Shown: positions 34,101 to 47,470 of the stretch, piece by piece | Layout of the letters: each line of letters starts with the position of its first letter | Position numbering within the stretch: position 1 is the first letter of the stretch | Source: Lingula anatina | Taxonomy: Eukaryota; Animalia; Brachiopoda | Length of the DNA stretch: 64,000 nucleotides | Direction of reading: 5' to 3' | NCBI GenBank assembly: GCA_051362555.1 | Contig: CM120641.1 | Location: 41,236,401-41,300,400 of the forward strand | Translations under genes and position numbers: made by a program | Notes under the pieces: model-generated | The model's database searches: none | What the model saw: only the letters and a program-made list of their open reading frames with translations | What the model was told of the DNA's origin: nothing

Positions 34101-35581
34101 GATTGCCAGTATATGACTTCCTATTCAACTTCAATAGTAACTATGGACCTATCTCTGCCAGTTTTGGAGATATAAGGGACTAGATGTTATAATTTTGGAG
34201 TTACCATAATGTGCCTTAAATTTCGTACAGAAAAAATTAATTAAAATAAAGAAAATGTCATTTTGGTCAAAATTCTTGAAATAGGAGGTGCTCTGAAGTT
34301 TCAGAAGTTCAAATTTGATGAAAAAATGTCATTTTTGAACACAAGTTGTCTGCTTTGCCAAGCCTTATGTTTTATTTTTCCAGAGTTCAAAATTTATTAT
34401 CTATTACCGTACTGCACATTTTGCTTTTACCACCAATATGTACTTTTTGATACAGCGTAACTCGAAAACCGTATGGAATACAAAAAAACCGAGACCACCT
34501 CCAGTGTTGGGCTTTACATGCTCTACAAAATGCAAAAAAGAATGGGTCTCTAGCATTAACGGTTCCCGAATTAGAGACAGTTTTCAGTTTCAGTATCTTA
34601 TGGCCGCTACTCCCGTGAAAATGCACCGATTGACCCCAAATTCATGGAGATGAAAGATGACCTGAAGGGTAACACTTTCCAATAATATTATTGGTTAAGT
34701 CTGTGTGGTGTCTGAATAACAGGGCAAAAAAAAATTTTTTCGTAAAAAATTTCATTTTTTTGAAAATTTTGGCCCATTTGACCTTGAAGTAAAGGTCAAA
34801 GGTCAAATCCAAGGGTATATTTGAAATCTACACATATGACTTTTGGAAAGCCGTCTATAGAAATTTTTCCCATAACTCCTTCCGTAGGGTAGATAATTAG
34901 CATTTAATTTTGCTATTTTTAGACAAGGGTGCATTGCAATGAGTGCCACACCCAGACCCCAATACCGACAAAGCCCAAATTTTACGTGGAACGAGTTGAG
35001 ATTATAGGTGACCTAAATCCATGAGATGGGTACGGGGGCCCTTACCGTCTAGGAGGAGAAGCGGTAACGGTAGCCGTCCGGCGGAGCCGGCGGAACGATC
35101 CGGACGGGACCGAAACCATGTGTACCGCCAGCGCTAACGCTGGTGGTACAATAAAGCATTTACCTGATAAGCAAATAAACATATGTGAAAATTTCAAAAT
35201 TGAAAAACTGGCCGAAATATTCACCATCCGCCTGGAGACTTAAACAAAAAGCTGGTATATCACTTACTTGGTTGTGATGCGAGGAGAACCTCTTCATTAC
35301 TGTGGAAATTCTGTCCAATATAAGACAGTATCTCTTCCTTTCTTCCAACAGAGCCTAAGGTGAGAATTTTCATATGTAAGAAGCATATGTAATGTAAGAA
35401 CCATTGCAAATTTAAATCAATGTGCTTTTGCAGTAAAATTTATGGGTACTGTGTGTGCATTAAAAGATAAGTAAATCTTCAAAACATAGTAAACCCTATA
35501 GATACAAAGCTGTGGTATATTTCTTAAATTCAACTGTGCATTCTACCTATATCATGGAGAATGGATTGGGTGTTTAGTTAT

Positions 35582-35667
<86 letters not shown>

Positions 35668-35724
35668 TAATAAATAAATAAAGAAGTAAAAATATACATT
35701 TTTTTACAAAAGGAATCCTGCCCC

Positions 35725-35755
<31 letters not shown>

Positions 35756-38700
35756 CTAGGTGCTCTTTATAAAGTTGTGGTAAACTCAGTTGACCCCTAT
35801 CACTCCCAAAGTAAATGTCCTGATAGTATCTCTGGATTAAATGGTAAGTATACAGTAAAATGGAAATTAACTGAGCAACTGGCAGCCTGATAACACTGTC
35901 CAGCTTTTGAATATAAAGATAGGTAGTCTTGTGGAAACGACCATGGCATTTTAACACATTTGTAATTTTATATCTTCTAATATTCTTGCTTTTACAGTCT
36001 GATGACCCTTAGTTTGCCCTAGAAACACACTCACTCTCTCTCTCTCTCTCTGAAACATTACACAGGAAAATTTAAAATATCTTAAGTTTGTTTTGTAAAA
36101 GACTAGATTAATGTTTTGATACAGAATGCCAGATGATTTGCTCCAAAACTCAATGCTGTCTACTGTAATCTTGCTTGGGCCACCAAATTAAAACTTCTGA
36201 TTAGCATTTGAAATGCTGTGTGTACCTTTAAAAGAGATGCTGGCAAATAAAACTCCACCCAGTCTGAGAGCCAGCCACCAGTCCAAGGTAACTGACAAGT
36301 AGATTAAGTGACAAAGCAGTGGCAAAAAAAGAGGGTCTTCAAAAGGTCACTTGTCTGCTCAGACTAAAGGACATTTCAGTGGTTCGTTTGGTTTATTTTC
36401 CCAATATCTATAGATTTTATCTGCAGACTAGCAGTTTTATAGGGTCCAAGTGACCAGTGAGCTAAAAAGTAGACTGAAAAGGGGCAGACTGCCTACCTGT
36501 TTAAAGCCGGAACTTCTGAAGTTTTCCAGCTTGATGCTTGTTTCTTGCACTGCATGCTTATACTAAAAATATAAATTTTATTAATAGTTACAAGGTTGTT
36601 TAGCTTTTTAACAGTATTTTCTAACTTCAGTATCCTAATTCAATAAATTAGGCTGATTTAATTTCACTGCTGTAGTATACTGGCACTGACATAGAAGATG
36701 GTGGTGCTTAATCTTTTATCATTATTAATATGAGTACTAGCACATACATTTGTAAGACTGTCTAAGGTAAGATGAGGGTGCTATAAAGACAGAGTGGTTG
36801 ATAAAAGTTGAAATGTAAGTATAACATAATGAAGTTTTGAATTTTTGTTCTTATGAAAGTGATGCACTTAAAAAAAAAAAAAAAAAAAAAAAAACAAACA
36901 AACATGGACATTCCCATTAAGATTAATGATAATGCAAATGTAGGAAGGTCACTGAACATGGCAGTTTAACCGACCAGCATTAATCTTCTATATTAACTTT
37001 TCACGTCTTTTCTTGCTCGTAAAAGCCTCTGTAATATACAATTTTACCAGCTCGTAAAAGCCTCTATAATATATAATTTTAACAATTTTAGTTGTAAGAA
37101 ATGAATTACATCACAATAATAAGCATAGGTATAATTAAAGGAGTCTGTTCCTGTTAATGTCAATCTTTTCCATGTGCAATCACTGGAAGACCTCTGATAT
37201 TAATTTCATTCCTTACGCCTAACTGTATACATGTACTGTGTAATGAGCCTTTAGCATGTTAAACTGAATGCTGTCATGTTCTGTTGAATGTATTGGCTAC
37301 ATAGCCTTTTTTTAATTCTGGAAGGATTGCCTCTCAGCACATCAAAACATATATATATATAATGGACAGCTGGGACAGTTGTTTACCAAATTTTAAAAAG
37401 CCGCCCTGGGTTTCAGAGATTGCTGGAAACTCTTCCTTATTATCAGCATGCTTCTGCAGTCACTGGGAATAATACTAATAACAGAAGTGAGTAATCCAGT
37501 TTTCTGTGAACTTCAGGGCACAAAAAGTTTATGTATCATATTAGCAACTAAAAATATGGTCTCCTTCAGTGAGACAACAGGCATGATGGGGGAAGAGCTG
37601 GCAATTGGCTATCATACAATTCCCTTTACTACAATCTCATCTCCATGAAAGAGTTAACATTTTGTTAATTTTCAGGATTTACATTGCTAAACATTGTTCA
37701 CTCATACAGGTTTATATAAGACCCTAAAATAACAGCCCCATGCTGCTGGTGAAATGATTTTTGCTCATGGCACGAACAGAGGTATCTTTATCACGTATCA
37801 GCTTACAGATGTCTGATTAATGAGCTAATAAAGGACATTGGCTACCAAGTGCAAACCTATACTTCTTGTACAAGACAAAACTGCACTGGATTTCTCACAT
37901 GCATGACCATCTTAGGAAACAGTCCTTTTCATATATACTACACTGTGCATGAGCTATGTCGCATGTCAAGCTTATGCGAGCTGCATTAGGCATACAGTCA
38001 TGTACTTCTCAAGAGCAGGCTTTAATATCACAGCCTTAGTGCCCGCTATCTTCTAATTATAGGCCATATATATAAGTAATGCATGCAAGCAATGATCTAT
38101 AAAGAGCCTGTAACCTAATGGAGGTTACTGGTCTTCAGGAAATCAAATGTTAAGTTTTTTGGGCAAGATATTTGGCTTATACTAGCATGCTAAAAGTGAC
38201 ATGAATTAAATTTCAATGCCTGTTATTTTTATTAAGTATTTAACTTATGATAAAACAGTTAAATATTCCTCATAAAAATAATGTTATCACATGCATTGTC
38301 AAGGCAAGTGCTTGCTGATGGGTCATCATATCTTATTTCATAGCACTTTGCTACTGAAACTGAACTGCTTATAAAGCATTATTTTAAACTCTTCACAGTA
38401 CAAGTATAGGGAAATAATTGATTGGAGGACAAGCAAACATCAACTGACTCAGTACATTTAAGCAGCTCAGGAAAAAAGATCAAAGTGCAAAAGTAGCTTA
38501 TTAAACAATGTAGCCCTTCAAGGTAGCTGAAATATTGCTCCTGGTGTGGAAAGATAAGACTTAGTTTTATAATTGATGAGGAGCTTTAAAGAAAACAAGA
38601 GTATTTTTTGTACATTAAATATACTGTATTATTCGACTTAAAGGGATAATAACTCTTCGTATGAGATCTATATTTCACAATAAAAACCTTGTGAATAATT

Positions 38701-40413
38701 CATAGAAATATAATATATTCTGTTTTACCACAAAAACAGCAGTTATAGCTTTTATTCTGATATCTGAACTTGTCTTTAGACCATGTGACCTCCATTGATG
38801 TCTATACTCTGTTAAAATCTCTTAAGAGATTTTAACAAAAAACCAAACTTTTTAGAAAAAAACCAGGGACTACCTTTGAATGTAAAAATGGATTCATTAA
38901 CCATTGGTAAGTATGGGAAAATTGTTGTTTACTCCAGGAAAATTCATTTTTTGGCCGAAACGAAGAGTTATTATTGCTTTAAGAAACCTTCAATATAAGT
39001 TAGAGTATGATAAATATTTCATAGTTTACAAATCCTTGAAATCCCCCCCCCCCCAAAAAAGAAAAAAAATGGGGGGGGGGGGGGAATAATGTGATCATGC
39101 AACATGAAATATTGGTTTTTCAAATGCATTATTTTTCATCAATTACAGCATAAATCTGATCTCACCTGGTTTTCTCTGGGATCAGCTATCCCCTTTCCTC
39201 TACTCTTCTTCTGGCATTTTTTAAGATTAATGCATGCCTTTTCATGCGGCTGCATCACCATCTTATGTGCTTGGCCATACTTTTTTTGTTCTGCCTACAA
39301 TGTAACAATTTTGATGAAAAATATTCTTTTTATTGATTTTTATATGATTGAATTTGATTAAAACAGGAAACACATTAGAAACTAAAATATGAAGATTGAG
39401 AGTTTATATTACTGTCATAGGTGAAACCAGGTATGTAATATTATAAGCAATAATGTGATTTTATCTTCATAAAACACATCTTTGATCTGTTTCTTCTATG
39501 ATTTACAAAAAGTTGAATATTTGTCAACTATATGCAGTTATTTTTTGCTTCCTTTACAAATTATTTATATGTTTGAATTTTAGGTGTTTTTTTCCAAAAA
39601 CATACATATTTACACTCACTCACCTGTAAAACTTTATTGTCCCCATCAATCTTACTTTCTAATGGTATCAACAGTTCTGTGTGAAATGTTTTGATCTGGA
39701 AAACATAATGGTATATCCAATTTCAATCAGAATAATGGGATATCACCTAATCAAAATTCACCTGCAAAATGTTACTATTATCCTTAACCCTGTTTTTAAC
39801 TTAAACTTTCTTCTTCATAATTTAATGACAAAATTAAATTATCCTTATGGCATGTTGTTAAGTTAATATCATAACTATCAGTCATAAGTTAATACAATGC
39901 GCAAATGTTTTATGGCGCAATTTCTTAGAACATAAAACACATGCAATTTAAAATGAAAGTGAATACAAAATAGGAAAAATACCCTGAAGCAATGCAATTG
40001 CTGACCTTTGGAGTTATAAACCCAACACAGGGTTGAATCTTATCAAGTCCGGTTCCTTGTACAAACCAGAGTAAGACATGATATAGCATACAGCCTGATA
40101 TGTACAATACTCTAAGTGAAGGTTTTTTTTGATAAAAAGGATACAATCACAACAAGTAAACTTGTCTCTGAATTATATCCAAATGAATGAAAACCATTAC
40201 AGTTTGATATAGGATGAAGATGTTTGGGATTCCTTAAAAGTTGATTATTGTTTGATTTTACCCAATCAATTAATGGGCTTATACCTAAAAGTAACCTCTT
40301 ACTTAAACAGCTTAAAATAAAATATACAGACACAACACTTGCTGCCTCTAGTTAAACCCTCTATGTAAGTGATGTTCACTGTGTATTGGTTATCTGCCCC
40401 CTCCCTCCACTCC

Positions 40414-40500
<87 letters not shown>

Positions 40501-43500
40501 TACTCAATACATGATGTACATGGTTAAGTATAACTGCAGTGCTTTCCCACTAAAGTTTCAGAGGTTACTTATTATTTTAAGGTTCTGAAGAGGCAATGGC
40601 ATCCTGATAACAGAGGTGAGTTTTCAGAGTAGCTTTGAAATTCAAGCTGATCACGCATAGCATGCGCTGAAAAAATGCCAACCTATGACATTATGTTTAG
40701 GTGCATGCAAGATCCTGGTCACAATAGTTGCAACAGCACTTCAACAATGAGATGCGAACTTTGTTTAGTCTAACAAGAATGTGTGCAATCTTGTTATTCT
40801 TTTTTCTCTTTCAGTGCACTGTAAACTTTCAATTTTTAAACCAGGATGCAGATTTAGCCTTGGCAGAGCCACTGAGAAAAAAAAATGATTGAAGAAAATG
40901 TTTTTTCCTTTTAAAGGCCAGATCTAAAAGTTAGTGTCAGGACAAAATTTGCAACATCCTGGCTACCATCTCTTTAAAGGAAAAATACTTAAAACTGTAA
41001 CAGAATGTATAGCTTGGAAAATTAATGATGACAAAAAATTGTGATAAAGGAGATTGGGGACAGGGGAGAAAAATATTATCTCTCATCTGACAAGTCATAT
41101 CAAGTGGAATCCACAATGATATGAGCCATCTTAAAATGATATTGTATCAGGTACCCTGCAGGGGTGTGTATCACGGTTAGTATACTCACATTTTCTTCCA
41201 CATCTTTCTGAATTTCCCTATGTGTGTTTGCTATCTCTGCTAAGGCTGTACCTGAAACAACACAAAGAACTCATATATACAAGTGTTACTTTTAAGCAGC
41301 CATTTGTTTTTTTCTTTTTTTAAAGAAAAATGTATCAGAAATTCTAACTTATATTCCAAATGAAATAATGCACAAAGAAAACAAAGAGGCAGATTTTACT
41401 TTTTGATTTCATTTTTCTAGTTTCTACAATTAAACAATTGCAGAACACTGACTTCATCTATTCCCCACTATGTCCCCCCACCCCCAACCCCATATTAAAT
41501 GATTTCACATTAATAAACATAAACAGTGTTCATACTAAACAATACAGCTATAGTAATTCTGTATCTCAAATAGATATAATTCTACAGAGATATAAAACAG
41601 AACTGTTACATATGGCATTTGCGGTGCAAGGGTACATTTAGATCTTATCTGCATATTCATAGCCCAGCCTGCTTGGTCAATAGACCTTCCCATGGGCCAG
41701 GTTCACATAAGAACTATATAGAATGAAGACTTGTCTGAACTTTAACATTAAAAAAAATTGTCTTTGTCTTCTATGACCTGAGATAAGCCAGAGAAGAAGT
41801 CTTCTAATTAAGAAATATTGGATTTTTAACACCCAATGTTTCAGACCAACAGTTGCTTTACTTAGTGAGCCATATTCTGTATGAAGTCTGTATACCATAA
41901 AGTAAACTTGCCTTAAATAAAATCAAAACTAACCATTTCAAGTCATTTTGTGATACCTAACACATGACTACTTATTGAACTATTTAACCATAGAAAAAAA
42001 AAAAAACTCGCAATTAAAATCTCTACAGATAGTTTTAATTTCAAACAAATGAAAAGAAGAGGGACTGTCAACAGTTACATTGGGTAGATTTCAAAGTGAC
42101 ACAATTAAGAATGTTGATAAAACACATCAGTTAATGTTTATTAAGGACCTATTTAATCATTTATAAACAGTATTGTGCTCCAATCCTAAATGAATGCCAA
42201 CAGAGGAATCTTAAATGAAATATGGTCCATAAACAGACATACACACACCAATGTAAAAACATTGCAGCTAAGACTAATACAGAAGTTCAGTTTAGTTAGA
42301 TTGGTTTCAATTAGTTCAAGTTGAATTGTTTTTTTTTTAATTATTATTATTTATCTGTTTCATTTTAATTAAATCAATTTTTCTGCTTTTGTTATTTTTC
42401 TACAATAAGGCTTTTGTCCATTTCTCTCTTCCATATTCCTTTCTCTGTCATAATTTCAATGCCTTTAATATTTTATATTTATGAGATATAAAATGTTTGT
42501 GATCTGCTCAAGAAAGTGTGATCTCCGCAATAAACTGAAAGGTCTTGCTATTGACTTCCCATTAATTCTCATGAGAAAATGGTCCATAGCCACTCCACGG
42601 CCAGTGTGTTCATCACACAAAATACCAAACAGCTTGACAACCTCTTGGAGAACCAAGTCCTTTCCTCAAAACATTGAGATATTTATATATTTGTATTCAA
42701 CACCAGGTCAGGATCTTTAATTTAGGCATTACAGGTGGGGCACAAACATTACAGCAGTGTTTGGTACAGTTTCACACAACCACTTAACTTATCAAGACTG
42801 AAAAACTAATGTCAAGGAGCCCACGGCTACAGAAAGGCAATAAGTAAACAACAATTTAGATATTATCAATGGCCGAATGATGCAAAATGTCTGTGTTAAG
42901 GGGAATAAATCAGATAAAAAGATCATTAAACTGTGCTCTTCATCATCACAAGCTCACTGAGGAATGCACTCTATTCATATTATATCAGTATTTTCTCTTA
43001 AAGAAAGAGATCTGGATAAATGACTATTTACGGTAAAGTTTATTAAAACAGGATTACCGTTCGCCTTGGTAACCAGAGATCAAGGCATAAATCATTTGAA
43101 TACAGTGCATACCAAGTTATTTTTAATACATATTAATTATTTCTTGGTTTGACTTGCATTTATCTCTCAAAAATGACTTTGCATATTTGAAGACTTTAAC
43201 AACTCCCCAGAAATTTTCAAGAAAATAGCTAATCTTTATTGGGGCAATGCATTCTTCAAACCAAACATGTGCAACTTTTGAAATAACACCCTCATAGATG
43301 TCTAAATAATGACATAGGATGGAAGAAATGTATATTTAGTTTTGAATTTCTATACCAATTAAACCCATAGGAAGTCAGGTACTTCTCCTGTTGGAAAAAT
43401 TCTGCTTCCGCTTGTCATCAAATCTGTGCACTTTTCTACCCACCCGTTATATTCCGCCCATTATCTTTAAATGAGAGTTTAAAACATATCATAAAACAAA

Positions 43501-45291
43501 ACAGGAGTTGTCATGCCAGAAGTAGTTATGATGTGTGTATAGATAACATTATCTATGTTATGGGAACTCAAATCATGAACCCTACTTGTGCAAGGGGGAA
43601 GTACCCTTGTAAGTAAATAAATAAATATAAAGATGGTCTTATCTGGGGCTTTTTTCCTCGTTCTATACGAAGTAGCACAAGTTAAAGGCTTGCTGTGAGT
43701 AAATCATTAATCTCATCTTTTACACTACATTTTCAACATTTACACTGGGAGTTGGTGTGTATATCTGTCTAGATCACTCTATATCTAGATTTGCACTGTC
43801 ATTATGAATATGACAATAACATTATGACAAAGATGACAAAGTCAAGAAATCTATCAAGGGAAATGTGTGTGTGTGTGTGTGTATGTGCATGTGTGTGTAA
43901 TGTTATCACACAAACCTATAGTTTATATTTATCCAAGCCCACTGCCTTGTAAAGGTCAATACAGGTAGATATAAAATGATGTCTGGTGATGGTAAGTTAC
44001 TCTAACCTGTTTCACACCTTACACTCATAAGGAAGTGGAAATTAAGCTACTGCTCATTCTTTAGTCACAGTTATAAATCTTGTATGATCCCACACATACA
44101 AGGGAACTCCACTGACCACAAGTTATATCTTTCAAATTCCAACCACAAAAAGGTATTTAATGAGAGCTCTAGGGCTATTTATCCTTCAGTGCATTTATTT
44201 GTTTCCATTTTGTTCCTGATAATGTTTCTTTATGTAGAGAAATCTTGTTCTTTTTAAATCTATGTAACTTTACTTAAGTGATACAAACATGGCAAAACAT
44301 ATTAACAAAAGGGGACGATATAATATACATTGGCTCAAAAATCTGTTCAATGTATGGGCTTGTAAACAAAATGACTTTGTTTTATGTTTCTAAATTTTTC
44401 ATTGAAATGTTCTGAATTATTTAGAACTTACTGTTGCAGGACTGACATATCAAGAGTCAGGTTATCTTCCTGAAGTATGACAGCCCATATGTGTATTATA
44501 TAAAATATAGCAATATACAAAATTTTCATTCAATTTTTCTAATCTCATCATTTTTAAAAATCCTATTAGTTTCTCATGCTTCCAAACCTGCATGCTTATA
44601 AAACAGTATAATATCTTATACAAAAAAATTTTGTCTGATAGATATATTTTTTTAAATTTGTTTTTAATTTTCCAAGAATACATCCATGTCTTGGTTTATC
44701 TAATGTCTTTAAAGGTAAAAAAAATCTGATATCATTAAAGTTATAATTGTAATAACAATTGAGTTAGATAACATTGTTCTCATTCCCTTTCTAATTAATA
44801 TGTAAACATTAAAAATGCATCGCTTCATTATCTTGTTGACAGCATTACATGTATATGTAACTATAATTTTAGTAGGGGTGTAATACATTGTATTGACCTG
44901 ATAGAGAACGGATGATTCAGAAATAATCAACCCTTAGCCATTTATTTTACGTTCACAGATAATATCAGTACCCACAGTCATACCTTTGGACGTCAAGTAT
45001 AGGATTAAAATGTACAGGTAAAGTGGATAAGCATTACGATTAGTTTACTTAGGGAGGGATGTAAACAATGGACTTAATTTCAGACACAATGCCCAATAGC
45101 GACAAGCTTCGTCTGTTTTACAAGCTGTTTATGCTCTGTAGATATTTGGTGGTTGAACCAAATGAGAAGAAAGGAACTCGTTTAATGGATTCTCAATTAG
45201 TGTGCTTACTTTTAGAGAAAAAAAAATATATATAAATGTATATTGTCAAGGCTTAATTCTGAACTGTTAAACAGCTGACTTGAAGCCAACC

Positions 45292-45341
<50 letters not shown>

Positions 45342-47013
45342 CAACCTGACATTTTATCACAGTTGTATCTTATCTTAATGCAGACACATGCCCTCTTCAC
45401 ATTTGTGATTCAGTGATTCACAAGTTAATCATAGCACCAACCCACCCAACAATAACACCACCACTGAAGAAACAATGCCTTATTATTCAACCCTACGCTT
45501 CCGAAGTTTATTTATAAAAGATTTAAGCAGACAGCAGTGTCAGTCTGCATAAGGAGTTTATATGAATTGTGTAATATTTTTATATATCAAAGATTCAAAT
45601 ACTAGGCTTTGTATGAACTAATTTTAAGCATAATTTGTTGATAAAAGATTTAAATCTTAATCTGAGATGGATTTGCAGTAAAGCTTTTTATGGTATAATT
45701 AATCATCGTACCTATGTCTCCGACTGCTCCTATTTGGTTGTTTGCTCCTTGAGCCACCTTAGTGATTGCATCGAAATATGCCTTTGCTGTCTGAGACACA
45801 CCTGTAAAAACAACACAAAGGTTCATTCATTTCTTTACAGCACTGATGAAGATAAATAACAATTAATGAGACTTGTGTCAAGAGAAACTTGAAGGTAAAC
45901 AGAGCAGTTCAACATATTAATATCTAATTAAGCGAAAGTATGAAAGGCAGTGACTTATCTTAACTGATACCCTAAAGAACCTCAAACTTAAAGTAACCTT
46001 AAGTTTTGGATCAAAATTTGGGTTGAATGTCCCTATTATAGCCACTGTACAAAGGTTATTACTGGTCATATTGACAATTATTTTTTGTAACATTACAAGC
46101 AGGACATATAATTTCCTTGGACCACTTTTGATTTATATGAGGGCAAAGTTGACTAAAATTTGGGTATGAAAATTTTGATTCATTTTCAAACTATAGTTCT
46201 CACATGAAACAGGCCCTAGCTCCTAGAACCAGATGAAAACAGAGCATAATCAAATAAACACATCAATATTTCTAATTGTAAGGATATTATACTGCTGTGT
46301 AAGAGTTTTAACTCACCATGGAGTGCCTTCTGGTATGCTCTCCCTGCAGTGATAAGCTGCCTGACAGATGGGTGGTAGTTTTCCAATAAATTCTGTAACA
46401 CAAAATCAATGACCCATGAGGGTTAGAACAGAAATCATTTGAAGGTGGCTGTCAAGCTTTATGAATTTTCAGAATGAATTTGATGTCAAGTAAAAATCTT
46501 GAATTTGACGTCATTAATAAATTCTCTTAAATTAATTATCAACAGTGACTTTGAATAAAATATATGTATGCTTGTGCCACTTAACACAACAGAAGTAACA
46601 ATTACAGATTACATTTGATTACATTTATGCTGTAACTCATATCTCCAAATGCTTCTCGCAGAAAATAAAAGACCGAAAAGTTATTTATATTATATATGTT
46701 ATTCTGTTTAGGCGCCACAAACTCTAAATTTTCTATTACGGGAAATAAATAATCAGATTATAAATGTTTACCAACAAAATGACTAGAATATAAAACACCG
46801 CTTGTTTAGCACAGTATCTGGACGTCTAACATTCAAGATTTTATCTCAGGGCACAAGAGACAACTTCGTTCATCAAACAGCCGCGGGTAATTTTCCTCCT
46901 CATAATTTGCTCACGCTTCCGATAAAACATCCAACCACGGTATTTATAAACATATGATATCTCACCTTATAAATTGCCTCCGTCCTTCTGCTTAATTCTA
47001 TACTTTCCAACAT
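25027..47013 (-). CDS. BAIAP2-like: IRSp53/BAIAP2-family protein (I-BAR/IMD, SH3, proline-rich region, C-terminal WH2-like motif)
   Basis: 16 exons: 47013-46966, 46392-46317, 45801-45712, 41251-41190, 39695-39624, 39294-39166, 36562-36497, 35354-35268, 31459-31355, 31032-30858, 30439-30253, 29846-29790, 29300-29156, 28922-28377, 27735-27332, 25108-25027. IMD motifs: RTEAIYKNLLENYHPSVRQLITAGRAYQKAL and ALLEERKRYC. SH3: VRALFTH..QLSFTEGDIVVLI..KGWHYGE..RRGWFPVSFTE. Also RVRSMGDLL and a terminal NPFANVKLKKTATNDRSAP. Confidence 0.93.
30610..30669. repeat. 30-bp tandem duplication
   Basis: atcacatattaaatactaaacaccaaattt twice. Confidence 0.9.
31054..31137. repeat. (TA)n microsatellite
   Basis: Directly visible; ~20 bp upstream of the IRSp53 exon 10 acceptor. 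Confidence 0.98.
32262..35153 (-). mobile_element. Non-autonomous Helentron (HINE/DINE-1-like) with an internal satellite, in IRSp53 intron 8
   Basis: 15-bp perfect subterminal inverted repeats: tattgtaccaccagc (32297-32311) and gctggtggtacaata (35139-35153). Hairpin tgtaccgccagcg-ctaa-cgctggtggtaca (35121-35150) at one end. Palindrome gaggcg-atac-cgcctc (32277-32292) and CTAGTT terminus (minus strand, 32262-32267) at the other end. Internal tandem array and no transposase. Confidence 0.85.
32440..34180. repeat. Satellite array, ~12 units of ~146 bp
   Basis: aggtcaaaggtcaattt[ct]aaggtcac...gccagtatatgacttcctattcaagttcaatagtaactatggacctatctc recurs near 32462, 32606, 32752, 32898, 33052, 33198, 33344, 33490, 33636, 33778, 33924 and 34070. 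Confidence 0.97.
35585..35663. repeat. poly(A) run joined to (TA)n
   Basis: Directly visible. Confidence 0.95.
37015..37082. repeat. ~35-bp tandem duplication
   Basis: gctcgtaaaagcctct[ga]taatata[ct]aatttta twice. Confidence 0.85.
40415..40498. repeat. (CA)n microsatellite
   Basis: Directly visible. Confidence 0.98.
41694..41957. mobile_element. Degenerate MITE of the same TIR family as 771-1005
   Basis: Starts gggccaggttcacataagaactata and ends agtcattttgtgatacc. The start resembles the reverse complement of tatagttctcacatgaaacaggccc (46192-46217). Confidence 0.45.
45294..45336. repeat. (TA)n microsatellite
   Basis: Directly visible. Confidence 0.97.
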
Positions 47014-47470
47014 TTCGACTATATGTTTTGTGCCTTCTGTGGGTCGTCTTCACAAATTTAAAACGGAGTCTACGCTTGAGTCATACCGCATCGTCTGTTC
47101 ACAGCTGAGTGTGATTTGCGTATAGGTCAGAGGTCACATCCTCTTTGTGCCTCCGTATACAAAAGATTTTTGCTAAAGACTAGAATAAGTCATGTAATTA
47201 ATTAAGACCATGAGTAAGATGCGAAACGTTACGTCTTCTTATCTCATAATTTGGTATAGGTATGAATATTTTGTAGCAAAATTGAAATTTTGTCAAATTT
47301 TCTGCTTTTTGCGGTTCTAGATCTTGAATTCGTGCACCTAGAACTATTCCATTAGGATAGATTCCATTCTGATTCCGTTAGGTGAGCCTATAAATTGTCA
47401 GCTCAACCGTATTTCAGCGCAATCTAGTTACGGGGTACTCGGATAACAAAATCAAACGATTCAGGGACAC
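47014..47470 (-). promoter_or_regulatory. Putative IRSp53-like promoter/5'UTR with DR1 and AP-1 motifs
   Basis: CpG-richer region upstream of the ATG at 47013. TGAGTCA at ~47077-47083 and AGGTCAgAGGTCA at 47124-47136. Confidence 0.5.

Noticed and set aside
35040-35150. GC-rich structured segment as a tRNA or ncRNA
   Set aside because: No cloverleaf or A/B boxes. It is explained as the HINE terminal hairpin and degenerate microsatellite region.
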